A DNA stretch of 64,000 nucleotides from Candidatus Multivoradales bacterium (GTDB lineage Bacteria; Acidobacteriota; Thermoanaerobaculia; Multivoradales; JAHEKO01), in the NCBI GenBank assembly GCA_965248055.1, contig CBDFIJ010000004.1, positions 2,112,001-2,176,000 on the forward strand, in the 5' to 3' direction. Numbering within the stretch: the first letter of the stretch is position 1; each line of letters begins with the position of its first letter. A model generated the notes under the pieces. That model worked only from the letters and a program-made list of their open reading frames with translations, did no database searches and was not told the origin of the DNA. Positions 28,742 to 38,360 of this stretch are shown one piece after another. The translations under genes and the position numbers were made by a program.

Positions 28742-31700
28742 TCAACCAGGTTTGAGTTGCTGTAAGTCTGGTTCTTCGTAGGCGATGAGTACGGCTCGAT
28801 CATTTTTGCCAAAGACATAGATCTTCCTCCTTGCGGAAGAAGGGGAGGAGCGCGGGTTTAGCACCAATTCTTTTTTCCCGCTGCTTGTAATCGTTTCGTA
28901 ACCAACAGGGATGAATGCTGCTCCTCTTTCCAGTGCTTGGCGTTGAAGCGATTCAAAGGTTTGCCCGGTCCATTGTTGACCGGCATCGACGAAATACACT
29001 TCATTGCTATTGGAAGTGGCCGTTAGCAGTCGGAGGACTACCCTCGTAATTCCTGGGGTGATCACCGCCTGTGCTAGTACTCGTTCGGTTAGATCTTCAA
29101 CGGAGACGATTTCGCAGTGATTGATCCGGCGAAAGTGCTCCACATTCGCACTATCGATCACTTCGACAACTTGGTGGAGAGCCTCACCCTTTGACGCTCG
29201 ATCTGCAGAAAGTGCGACGAGTAGAGAGCGATGATCCAGGTATTTCGAGCCTTCATCAGTGGGATCTCCACTCGCCAGGATAACCAGGGTCTGAAACTCC
29301 CTCAGTCCAGCTCGTTTAAGGTCCTTTTCTTTGGTAGCGTCAGCTAGGATGAAAGTGACATCTCTGAGTTTGGCGGAAGCGATTTCGTCAGCTTGTGCTT
29401 CAGATAGGCCGCGATTCGTGATAACCGTGACTACGAATCGCTTCTTCTTGGCAATAACATTGGTTTGAAGCTGTCGAACGATCTCAAGTGCCGTACTTGA
29501 CCAACCGCAAATTCCGATTCGGATAGTTTGTCTTTCTTTCTTTGTCATGCTCGTCTCCCCCTCCGGAAATTGGCGTACTTTCTTACGCGAGATCTTTTGC
29601 CACAACATCGCTCTTCTTAGGTCGGTCGAACAATCTGCCAGATATACAAGCTCATCTGCAGCCTTGAGCGCGTCCATTGCTGTTAGTGCGAACCCCGAGG
29701 GGTTTAGTAAGAAGTACCTCTTCTCACGCTTGATTTTCCCGCTACCTGTGTTCTTCTTGATGGTCAATGGATTCTGCGGTCTTATGCCGATCGGTAAGAC
29801 TCTTGTTTCGAATAGATACTCTTGAATCTGCCGAAAGGTTAGTCCCACCAAACGGGGCGGGACAGGAGCAGAGTAAATTTCTTGCGAGTCTTTCTTGAAG
29901 GACAGAATCTCGTCGTAAAAGCGGGTGATACCACGAGTAATCACGGCTTGACTAATCATCCGTGCGCTGAGGTTCCAGGTCTCGATAATCTCGTCGGCTT
30001 CGGTGATATTAAGATGCCTTGCCAAATCAGGGGAGCCGACTTCAACGATCGTATGGATGGAAGGAGCAGCGTTCTCAATAGCCAATGTCGTAGCGATACT
30101 AGACAATTGATCGCGTTTCTTTGCGAACTTGGGAGCCATTACTACTGCTGCTTTTGCTGTAGTTACGTCTGCTTGAATAAGCGTGTTTTCTTCCCAGGGA
30201 TTCCCTTCAACCACCATGGTCCCCCGGGATTCCCTTGCCTGCTGAACCCGGGCCTGAAGAGGATTTGGGGTAATGACTACAACTTGAGGACGACGACTAA
30301 GATCTTTACTTCTAAGCTGCCGCAATAGTCTTGCGCTTCGCTCCGACCAACCAGCGAAAATAATGTGGTCTCTCATCGGAAAATACACGCGTGGCTTGAG
30401 AGATAACCGCTTGAGATTGAGAGCCCTTTCCACGAGCCAAGACACAACTTGGCCCGAAAAGAAGACCAAAGCAGCAGCACCAACTACAAGGATAAGAATG
30501 GAAGCAGCATTACCGAGTGGCGTGACGGGATACTTCGACTCCAATCCCCCGCTCACTAGATAGTGAATAGTGGCCAAAGAAGAGCGCCCGAAGGTTCTAA
30601 AAGCGGCGTTCTTTTCGGACTCGAGGGAGTACATGATCCACGATCCAGATGCCCAAACAATAAGCAGAACAGCGAGTACTCGTCCCAGGAGATATTCGTA
30701 GAATAAGTAGGAAAATCTGGGAACCCGCCTCAGAATAAGCAACGACAAGATTCCGGCCAAAAGAGGCCACATTTTCTCCAAGATCTTTCGGGCTCGCTCC
30801 AATAACGAGAGATCAACGCTCGCTTCTGAGTAGTGATCTGCGGCAGCAGGATGGAAGGGTACAGTCGAATGTTCTTGGCTTCGCACAAGATCTTGCCCAA
30901 ACGTAGTCAGGGAGCGCCTTTCTATAACATCAATGAGTTGTTCTACGGTTTCCCTTTCCAACCCTCGACGCGTGGCGAGCAGCGCCCAAACGGAGAAGCT
31001 GGCGACGTTTTGTTGAATTGCGGAATAATCCGCCACAGTAATCTCGGACGGTGAAAGCAAGAAATTAGCTCGTCTGATCGGTCGGGATAATTTTCTATCG
31101 AACCTCAATAGGCTTCCAACCCGACTACGGAGTTCGTTATCAATTTCGTTGTTTGGTACAGAAGAGGTTACGAAGACAACGTCAACTTGCCGTTCTTTGA
31201 GTTGAAGCAAGGCTTGAGTTGTAGAAAGAAAAAGTACTGATTCCGTAGGAATTTCAAGAAATTCAAGAACTGTGAGCCCATGGGCTGCTGTTCCGCTTCC
31301 TTTGGGGCCAACTGAGATTCTTTGAGGTTCGACGTTCTCCTTAATGTTGTGAACCTCATCAAGACCGAGTTCCCGACGCGCGACCACATGAATTGTCTCA
31401 GGAAAAAGAACCGCGATTCCCACGAAAGATCTTTCTTGGTATCGCTCAAGGAAAGCAACATCGCTTTGAATCAGGGCTAAATCCACTTTTCCTTGTCGGA
31501 GAAGATCTGCGTTTTCGTATGAGCCGCCAGTGCTTTTGACAACGAGCGAGAAGGATGACCCTTCTTGCTCGATAGCGTTGGCAAGGCTGTTGGCGAACAG
31601 TGAGTAGTTACCATCTGGAGATCCCGCTGCGATAACTAATGAGGCTCTTTGTTTGGCGCCTTGTTGTTGGGGAGCGAGCGGAGTTGTCTGGACTACCAGC

Positions 31701-31804
31701 ATCGCCGTAGCAACGCCTAGATGTAGTACAGCCGACTGTACGTAGGTCCGTGCACGAAGAGGGCGTGCTTCACTGATCTTCAATGGTTGGAATATCCCTT
31801 CCAC
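28742..31804 (-). CDS. Fusion protein: TAXI-type solute-binding domain + ion-channel TM/pore region + two RCK (TrkA-N-like) modules
   Basis: TAXI motifs STGGSYEN..LL..GKVDLALIQSDVA, LFPETIHVVAR, ISVGPKGSGT, VPFHPAA; pore-like FGRSSLATIHYLVSGGLESKYPVTPLG; RCK motifs DHIIFAGWS and IRIGICGWS. Confidence 0.82.
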   Translation of the reverse strand: MEGIFQPLKISEARPLRARTYVQSAVLHLGVATAMLVVQTTPLAPQQQGAKQRASLVIAAGSPDGNYSLFANSLANAIEQEGSSFSLVVKSTGGSYENADLLRQGKVDLALIQSDVAFLERYQERSFVGIAVLFPETIHVVARRELGLDEVHNIKENVEPQRISVGPKGSGTAAHGLTVLEFLEIPTESVLFLSTTQALLQLKERQVDVVFVTSSVPNNEIDNELRSRVGSLLRFDRKLSRPIRRANFLLSPSEITVADYSAIQQNVASFSVWALLATRRGLERETVEQLIDVIERRSLTTFGQDLVRSQEHSTVPFHPAAADHYSEASVDLSLLERARKILEKMWPLLAGILSLLILRRVPRFSYLFYEYLLGRVLAVLLIVWASGSWIMYSLESEKNAAFRTFGRSSLATIHYLVSGGLESKYPVTPLGNAASILILVVGAAALVFFSGQVVSWLVERALNLKRLSLKPRVYFPMRDHIIFAGWSERSARLLRQLRSKDLSRRPQVVVITPNPLQARVQQARESRGTMVVEGNPWEENTLIQADVTTAKAAVVMAPKFAKKRDQLSSIATTLAIENAAPSIHTIVEVGSPDLARHLNITEADEIIETWNLSARMISQAVITRGITRFYDEILSFKKDSQEIYSAPVPPRLVGLTFRQIQEYLFETRVLPIGIRPQNPLTIKKNTGSGKIKREKRYFLLNPSGFALTAMDALKAADELVYLADCSTDLRRAMLWQKISRKKVRQFPEGETSMTKKERQTIRIGICGWSSTALEIVRQLQTNVIAKKKRFVVTVITNRGLSEAQADEIASAKLRDVTFILADATKEKDLKRAGLREFQTLVILASGDPTDEGSKYLDHRSLLVALSADRASKGEALHQVVEVIDSANVEHFRRINHCEIVSVEDLTERVLAQAVITPGITRVVLRLLTATSNSNEVYFVDAGQQWTGQTFESLQRQALERGAAFIPVGYETITSSGKKELVLNPRSSPSSARRKIYVFGKNDRAVLIAYEEPDLQQLKPG

Positions 31805-32097
31805 AACAACCCCTCAAAGCGCCAACTCCCTTGGTCGCAGCACAGACAGAACGCCCTGGTTCAGGAGCCTTGTCTCTTAAGAATGGACAGAGGTTACCGG
31901 AGGCAGATCGAAATATGCAACTAGTTTGTTCTCAGGTCTTTGTGTGACTGTGAATGAGCGGAGCAATCCGCTCCCCAGTCGCCAACAGTTGAAGCGCTTG
32001 CCGGATCCTCCGGCGAATTGGTGGGTCGAGGCGTAGCTCCTCTTTCAGCGTTCAAGGGTGATATCGGATATGCAACGGTTGCGACCATGGAATTGGC

Positions 32098-33461
32098 GGA
32101 TCCGTCCCGATTGTTGTGGAAATTGAGAAAGGCGTAACCTCCGGTAGTCAAAACCCATCGCCGAGTAGGCGAAAGGAGGCTACGCCATGGACAAGAGTAC
32201 CAATCAGAGACCGGAATCATCTCGTTTCCAGCAAGATATTCAGTCAAAGCTTCAGCACCGTATCCGGGAAGCAATCGAAATAGTTCTAGAAGAAGAGCTT
32301 GCTGACGCATTGGGTTGTGTTGCGTACGAGCGCTCAGATGAGCGCTCGGGCTATCGCAACGGCAAACAAGAGCGGACGATCACGACCCGATACGGATCCC
32401 GGCAACTGCGAATTCCTCGTGGTCGGGTAGTAGGACAAGATGGATCCACTGAGGAGTTTCAAAGCCAGCTTGTTGAGCGCTACCAGCGGCGCACCCGAGA
32501 GGTGGATGAAGCGATTCTCGGCTGCTACCTAGCAGGGGCCAACAGCCGTCGGATCAAGAAGGCCTTGACTCCACTGCTGGGCAGGGAGTATCTATCCAAG
32601 AGCGCTGTGTCTCGGGTGGTATCGCGTTTGAAGGAGCACTTTGCCCGTTGGAGTGAGCGAGGCCTGTCTGAGGAAAGCTACCCGATCTTGTTTCTTGATG
32701 GCTTTCACTTGAAAGTGCGGCTTGCTCGGCGAGTGGTGTCAGCTCCGGTGCTGGCTGCTCTGGGGGTAAGAGAAGATGGCACCAAAGTCCTGGTAGCTCT
32801 ACGGTTAGCAGCCAGTGAGGCAGGCAGTCACTGGAAGTGGTTGATTGAAGATCTTAAACGCAGGGGCTTGAAAGCACCGCATCTCCTGGTCTCAGACGGC
32901 CACAAGGGTTTGGCGGTGGGAGTCAGGGCTTGGCCAGAGGCCAAAGTCCAGCGTTGTATCCAGCACAAGTGGGAAAACCTGAAGAAGCACTGCCCTAAGC
33001 ATGCTCATGGTGAGCTCAAGCGAGACTGGGATCAAGTGGTGCGAGCCCAAGATGCCCTGGAGGCCCGAGAGAGCTATTCAATCTTTGTTACCAAGTGGTC
33101 CAAGCTGGTGCCCGCAGTAGCCAGGAGCTTCCAAGAGGCTGGGATGGAACTGATCACTTTCTACGATTTACCGAGATCGTTGTGGCGATCCACAAGGACC
33201 ACCAACGCGCTGGAGAATCTCAACCGTGAGTTTCGGCGCCGTACCAAGACCCAAGGCTCATTCTCGACTGAGGCAGCGGGTGTCACTTTGCTCTGGGGAC
33301 TCGTCGCTTTCGGTCAGATCAGGATGCACCGCATCAACGGCTACCAAGACTTGCACCGGATGCTTGACCGTCAAGCAGCCGCGTAGGACTAGAATCAACT
33401 AAACCTGACCGCGGGAGACGCTACGCCAAATACCAATTTCCACAAGATTCGGGACACATCC
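32098..33461 (+). mobile_element. IS256-family insertion sequence
   Basis: Inverted ends GGATCCGTCCCGATTGTTGTGGAAATT / AATTTCCACAAGATTCGGGACACATCC; 8-bp target duplication GAATTGGC (32090-32097, 33462-33469). Confidence 0.93.
32187..33386 (+). CDS. IS256-family transposase
   Basis: RSGYRNG, YPILFLDG, LLVSDGHKGL, VQRCIQHK, RTTNALENLNREFRRRTK; AAGGAGG RBS. Confidence 0.95.
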   Translation: MDKSTNQRPESSRFQQDIQSKLQHRIREAIEIVLEEELADALGCVAYERSDERSGYRNGKQERTITTRYGSRQLRIPRGRVVGQDGSTEEFQSQLVERYQRRTREVDEAILGCYLAGANSRRIKKALTPLLGREYLSKSAVSRVVSRLKEHFARWSERGLSEESYPILFLDGFHLKVRLARRVVSAPVLAALGVREDGTKVLVALRLAASEAGSHWKWLIEDLKRRGLKAPHLLVSDGHKGLAVGVRAWPEAKVQRCIQHKWENLKKHCPKHAHGELKRDWDQVVRAQDALEARESYSIFVTKWSKLVPAVARSFQEAGMELITFYDLPRSLWRSTRTTNALENLNREFRRRTKTQGSFSTEAAGVTLLWGLVAFGQIRMHRINGYQDLHRMLDRQAAA

Positions 33462-33714
33462 GAATTGGCGGCAGACCTTCAAAATCAATAGGCACCGCAG
33501 AACCGATCAGTGCCATTATTCATGGGCGCATACATTAAATTGCAAGCATCACTGCCGTTGAGTAAGATTTCTCCCGAACCGGACAAGAACCAGATACCAC
33601 TGGTTTTGACTGTTGATACTAGTTTGATTGGTGCGCCATATCACCGGTTAGCGAGGCAATGCCGGCTTGATCGCGCAGGAGCAAAGTGTTCTCGGTGCCG
33701 ATTGGGAGGAATGA

Positions 33715-34746
33715 ATGAGATTTGGGGTCAGGGTTGCAGCTGTATTGCACGCGGTATCAAAAGCTGTATTCAGGGCAACGCGAGACGTTGCGGAACGAAT
33801 CGGCCTAGCTATTACTCGTTTTGGTCGAGCACTATGGAGATTCTACTCTTCCGTTGAAAGAGCGTTTGCCGGTTTATGTGCGGATCTGATCTTGTGGGTT
33901 TGGGCGAGCAGAAACATCGTTCTACTCATAGTCATAGGGGGTGTCCTTAGCTGGCTTGCCAGTTTCAGGGCTGTCTGGTTGGGAGTAAGCGTTGGAATCG
34001 TCTACTTTGGACTGATGGTGTGGGCAGTATGGCGATACTTCCAAATTGACCTCGATAACGAACAAGATCGGTACGAGCAGGCCCGTTTGAGTCTCGCTGC
34101 AGTGCTGACGATAGCTGTCAGAGTTATCTTGTCTGCCGTAGCCGCTATCTTGTTGTTTGTTGCTTTTGGCAGAGGTCCTCTTTCCTGGCTGCCCAGAAAC
34201 CTGACCAAGTGGAGATCCCAGACAACCAAGCCTGCTGATATTCAGTCCCAGACACCGGTTGGGATAACAACTTCTCCTGCCCCATTTCTGGAGCTGCCGG
34301 GAGCGGAGGTTTTTTCTGAAACCGTCTCGGTCGTTCTGGACAGCGTCGTGGATGGCCATACTCACGCATCTGTTGAAGCCGAAATCGCTGCTCAATTTGG
34401 CAAGGGTGCTCATGTAGAGTTAGTTGGTTTTCAAAACGGTTGGTATTGTGCAGAACTGTCAACAGGTCGATGCGGTACATGGATCAATAGCAGAGACGTT
34501 GGACTGCTGAACCGAAGAGGATCCAAGCGGTGGCCTGGAGAACAGAAAGATTCTCCAGAAGTGAGCGCTGCGACGATTGAAAATCTCAACATTCGCGATG
34601 GGCCAGGAACTAATTATGAGACGCTGTTCGTTATCAGTAGAGGCGAGCGAGTTTGGATCAGCGCCCACCTTGGTGGCTGGTGTCGAGTGAACTCAGTCGA
34701 ACGTGCTTGGGCCAACTGCTCGTATCTCCTGACCGGGGGAGGGTAA
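33715..34746 (+). CDS. Multi-pass membrane protein with C-terminal bacterial SH3-like domain(s)
   Basis: GGAGG RBS; about 3 TM segments; LNIRDGPGTNYETL..ISRGERV...GGWCRV...WANCSYL. Confidence 0.75.
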   Translation: MRFGVRVAAVLHAVSKAVFRATRDVAERIGLAITRFGRALWRFYSSVERAFAGLCADLILWVWASRNIVLLIVIGGVLSWLASFRAVWLGVSVGIVYFGLMVWAVWRYFQIDLDNEQDRYEQARLSLAAVLTIAVRVILSAVAAILLFVAFGRGPLSWLPRNLTKWRSQTTKPADIQSQTPVGITTSPAPFLELPGAEVFSETVSVVLDSVVDGHTHASVEAEIAAQFGKGAHVELVGFQNGWYCAELSTGRCGTWINSRDVGLLNRRGSKRWPGEQKDSPEVSAATIENLNIRDGPGTNYETLFVISRGERVWISAHLGGWCRVNSVERAWANCSYLLTGGG

Positions 34747-34881
34747 CAGGTTGCTTGACCTCCTGCGTTGCTCTACTGGAGGCGAATTACGCGAGTTGGC
34801 ATCTAGTCAACCGGCGCGAGCGAGATCAAGGAACAGCAGAAGCTCCCTAGCACTCATCAACCCATACTCTAATTAACCACA

Positions 34882-35176
34882 GACCCATCCCCCCGCAAAA
34901 CCAACGTCGCAGGAAACGCCTGGACACCCAGCGAGGCAATGACCTCAGGGTGGCGTTCCCACTCCAGGTATGCGGTTTCCGCATGTTCGCGTACCCAGGC
35001 GTGGACTTCTTTGTCGGCGAGGCCGCCGCGTTTTTAGGCTTGGCAGGTGGGGCAGAAGTCGGCGGTGGCGACGACCAGAACGACGGGATCGTTTTCGGTG
35101 GCTCGATCGAGGGCTTGGGCCAGGGTGACGTTCTCATCGAACATCTTTGGGGTGTCGGTGACTACCCAGAAGTACC
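34882..35176 (-). pseudogene. Decayed partial duplicate of the thioredoxin-family gene
   Basis: Colinear with 36142-36436 (offset 1260 bp); retains ADFCPTCQA but the next Tyr codon is TAA. Confidence 0.9.
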
Positions 35177-35317
35177 GGATTTGAAGTGATCGTCGTGGAT
35201 TTCGAGGTGAATGCCTGCCGTGCGCAGAAGCTCTGGAAGGGTATAGCGGCCTAGGTTGCGGTCTGCAAAGAAGGTCGTTTTAGGCGGCGAGGAGTTCGTA
35301 CCGGATCGCCTCTTCAA
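35162..35317 (-). pseudogene. Truncated PIN-like (VapC45-type) toxin
   Basis: TFFADRNLGRYTLPELLRTAGIHLEIHDDHF, overlapping the antitoxin stop and cut off at the thioredoxin duplicate. Confidence 0.8.
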
Positions 35318-35987
35318 CCTGTACTTCCTTGAGTCGGAAGTCTTTCCTCAGTTCGGCAATCGAGTCGCCAGAACGATACCTTTCGGCCAAGATATCTGTG
35401 CGGATTCCAGTACCAAATATTACCGGCTTGCCGAACGACACTTGCGGCTCGATAGCGATAATTTTCGGCGACCTGAAGTCTTGGCTGTGAGTCCAAGGAA
35501 AGAGGCGGATCGCGAGGCCCTCGGCGTCGTGCTCCACCCGCCGTAGATGAGCTGCCAAACATTCCCTAATACCCAACTGACCCATCTGGGAAAGATTGAT
35601 GAGTCGCCCGTATTTTGAAATGAACAGATCGATGCCGTTGGTCTCGAGCTTTTCAGCCAGCGGATGGCGGGAGTGAAGACTCTCGCTGAGATACTGAATA
35701 GCCTTGCGAACATACGGCATGCGGATGCGATGACCGCGGCGAATCGTGGCCAATGCGCCAGCTTCTACCAAGTTCATAAATGAAAGCGTAGGCTGATTTC
35801 CCGCGGGTAGCTCGATGAGCGGTGGCCATGATCGAGTACCTTGAGCGGTCTCGTATTGTCGCCCCAAGGTCCAAGATCTAAGGGTTGCCGCGGGAATGCC
35901 TAGGTAGCCCGCTGCCTCAGAGATTCCATAGGTAGGAAACTCACGGAGGTCACCTCTTGAGGCGGTGCGAATAGCAGATCTGGGCAT
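35280..35987 (-). CDS. DUF433-domain antitoxin (VapB45/Rv2018-like)
   Basis: PTYGISEAAGYLGIPAATLRSW HTH, LSFMNLVEA, IEPQVSFGKPVIFGTGIRT, VEEAIRYE. Confidence 0.9.
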   Translation of the reverse strand: MPRSAIRTASRGDLREFPTYGISEAAGYLGIPAATLRSWTLGRQYETAQGTRSWPPLIELPAGNQPTLSFMNLVEAGALATIRRGHRIRMPYVRKAIQYLSESLHSRHPLAEKLETNGIDLFISKYGRLINLSQMGQLGIRECLAAHLRRVEHDAEGLAIRLFPWTHSQDFRSPKIIAIEPQVSFGKPVIFGTGIRTDILAERYRSGDSIAELRKDFRLKEVQVEEAIRYELLAA

Positions 35988-36065
35988 CGATGTAAGTACC
36001 TCTCTGAACACGGAGAGTATAACCGGACCGACCTAATACCCGTTGTCGACCGCCCGAACCACCGA

Positions 36066-36506
36066 TTACAGGGGTTCCCCGCGGTTGAGAAAAGCGAGAA
36101 GTCCGGCACCACTCTTCGGTCCATAGTACGAATCGATGATGGACCCATCCCCCCGCAACACCAAGGTTGCGGGAAACGCTTGAACCCCCAGCGAGGCAAT
36201 GACCTCAGGGTGACGTTCCCACTCCAGGTATACGGTTTCCGCATGTTCGCGTGCCCAGGCGTGGACTTGCTTGTCGGCGAGGCCGCCACGTTTGTAGGCT
36301 TGGCAGGTGGGGCAGAAGTCGGCGGTGACGACGACTAGGACGAGGCGGTCGCTTTCAGCGGCGCGTTCGAGGGCTTGCTCCAAAGTGACTTTCTCATTGA
36401 ACATCTTTGGGGTGTCGGTGACCACCCAGAAGTACCAATAGCCGTAGGCACCGGCGACGGCTAGGAAGATCCACTTGAGGGCTGTTTTGAGTTTCTTGGG
36501 CATCAA
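36066..36506 (-). CDS. Membrane-anchored thioredoxin-family protein
   Basis: N-terminal TM; TADFCPTCQ (CxxC); LGVQAFPATLVL cis-Pro motif. Confidence 0.88.
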   Translation of the reverse strand: MMPKKLKTALKWIFLAVAGAYGYWYFWVVTDTPKMFNEKVTLEQALERAAESDRLVLVVVTADFCPTCQAYKRGGLADKQVHAWAREHAETVYLEWERHPEVIASLGVQAFPATLVLRGDGSIIDSYYGPKSGAGLLAFLNRGEPL

Positions 36507-36638
36507 GGGTTGTCCGTGTGCCGTCGCAGGTTGGCTTGGTCATTCGCAGACGTGTCGATCGAAGGAGTGCGTCGTCTAGTCAGTCGCAAACCATTTGGTC
36601 GCAAGCAGGAGCGGTGGAGGACTAGTACAATTATTTGT

Positions 36639-37397
36639 ATGCGAATAACGCGTGTCCGGGGTGTTTTGCTGATGGTGATGATGGCTGGAGGAGGACTGCT
36701 CGCCCAGGAGCATTCGGCCAAGCGGAATCAGAAACGAGAAAGGGTGTTCCGCGTACTTACAACCCAGCTCGGTGAAGTTGATTCGCAGCTTGAGCAAGAA
36801 GACCAGAAAGGTGCACTCAAGGGCGCTAGAAACCTCCTTACGAAGGCTTACAGACCGCCAGTGCGTGGGCCAGGGGCGGCGGACTTTTTGGCGGCGGTCC
36901 ATCTGCGCATTGCTATTGCTGCGATGGGGGTCGATCCCGACGAAGCTTCGTGGCACTACCAGACAGCTCGAATTCTCGCCTCTGGGGTGGTGGAAGTCGA
37001 TATCGCTCGCTTTGAGGATGCCGAGAAGTTTTTCGACAAAATCGATTCGCAAGATCGGCCTCGCGGTAAGGAGTTGCTCGCTCCGGAATCGGATAATGGG
37101 TCGCCCACGGAGGAGTTTCCACCAGGGTTTGAAGTTCGGAGGGTCGAGTTGACCCCTCCCAAGCAAGTGCGCAATTCCGTCCCGCGAGTCAGATCGTTAG
37201 GGAAAAAGGCCCGTGTTGAGCTCGAGGTCGTGATTGATCGCAACGGCGATTTGAAGTCGCCCAGGCTCCTATCGACCAATGCCGATCCGGTGTTGGTCTC
37301 CGCTGTTCTGGATGCGCTGCGGCAATGGAGATACCGCCCAGCTAGGGTGGGTTCGCGCCCAGTTATGGTGTCCTACCGAGTGACACTGAGTTTGTGA
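36639..37397 (+). CDS. Exported protein with C-terminal TonB-like domain (paralogue of 1779-2576)
   Basis: VELEVVIDRNGDL...AVLDALRQWRYRPA..GSRPV; shared N-terminal pattern (GPGAADFL / EASWHYQTA). Confidence 0.8.
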   Translation: MRITRVRGVLLMVMMAGGGLLAQEHSAKRNQKRERVFRVLTTQLGEVDSQLEQEDQKGALKGARNLLTKAYRPPVRGPGAADFLAAVHLRIAIAAMGVDPDEASWHYQTARILASGVVEVDIARFEDAEKFFDKIDSQDRPRGKELLAPESDNGSPTEEFPPGFEVRRVELTPPKQVRNSVPRVRSLGKKARVELEVVIDRNGDLKSPRLLSTNADPVLVSAVLDALRQWRYRPARVGSRPVMVSYRVTLSL

Positions 37398-37424
37398 TCG
37401 CGGTTTCTTGATGGTTGCTAGAAG

Positions 37425-38261
37425 CTAAGAAATCTCAATCAGCGTCACCGACTCCGCTAGGCTGTCGGCCAATGATCTGCCGGTAAACCAGGACACCACC
37501 ATCGGGATCCCTGCCAACAGCAGCGTAGCCAGGGAACCGAGCCATCTGTAGGCAGCTTGCTGGGCGGTCAAGGGTAGGTTGGAGAGGTCGCGGGCGATCA
37601 GGCCGACGGAGGCCATGCCTGGGGTGCGGCCCCAAAATAGTAGTGAGATGACGTGGTAGAGGAATGAGAAGGCGAGGACGAAGAGCAAGACGCCGGGTAG
37701 CAGGCGAACCCGCGGGGCGATTCCCAATAGGTCCGCTCCGACCAGAGCGATCAAGGTGACGGCGAGCATGGCGGCGAAGTCGAGTAGGCCGGAGGTCAAG
37801 CGCGCCAGGATCGGTACCTGCGTCGGGTCTTGCGGTTGGGTTGGGGTTGGGTCAAGGGTCGGCTTCGCTTTTCGATGGAGGGGAGCTTTGGTCGACCGTT
37901 CTGCGCCTCGACCAAACAGTGCGCCCAACCCTTTGCGCTTAGCCGGCGCATCTACCGGCTGTTCGGCTTCCATTGCCGCCACGACCTCTTCGTCAACTGG
38001 TTCCTCGAACAGGATTTGCTGCGGGACTGCCTGGGGGGTGTCGTCAATATCGCGGATTTCGAGGTTTTCCAGAGTGATGCGCGGTGGGTCGATGCGCATG
38101 TCTTCCACGGCAGGAGATTCCGTTTGTGTTTCGTGCAGAGCCCGATCCACTTCCTGTTCCTCGACAGTCTGACCCCCGGAGGCCGATCTGGGTGTGCTGC
38201 CAGCAGAATCGCCGGGCGGAAGCGGATCGAAGAGAGAGGGCCCCTGTGGATTGTCGCTCAT
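37425..38261 (-). CDS. RDD-family membrane protein with acidic N-terminal region
   Basis: ARLTSGLLDF, FWGRTPGMASVGL, RSLADSLAES. Confidence 0.85.
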   Translation of the reverse strand: MSDNPQGPSLFDPLPPGDSAGSTPRSASGGQTVEEQEVDRALHETQTESPAVEDMRIDPPRITLENLEIRDIDDTPQAVPQQILFEEPVDEEVVAAMEAEQPVDAPAKRKGLGALFGRGAERSTKAPLHRKAKPTLDPTPTQPQDPTQVPILARLTSGLLDFAAMLAVTLIALVGADLLGIAPRVRLLPGVLLFVLAFSFLYHVISLLFWGRTPGMASVGLIARDLSNLPLTAQQAAYRWLGSLATLLLAGIPMVVSWFTGRSLADSLAESVTLIEIS

Positions 38262-38360
38262 TGGGTTGGCCTCGCTAGGGTACGGCAACCGGAGTTGGCC
38301 TGGCTTCTCAAACTGATCATTGGTTGAAGAATCACCCGGTTAAACCCTCGTAGGGGGATT

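Noticed and set aside
26105-36506. Integron cassette array or prophage
   Set aside because: No tyrosine integrase, no attC-type RYYYAAC...GTTRRRY sites recognised, and no phage structural genes
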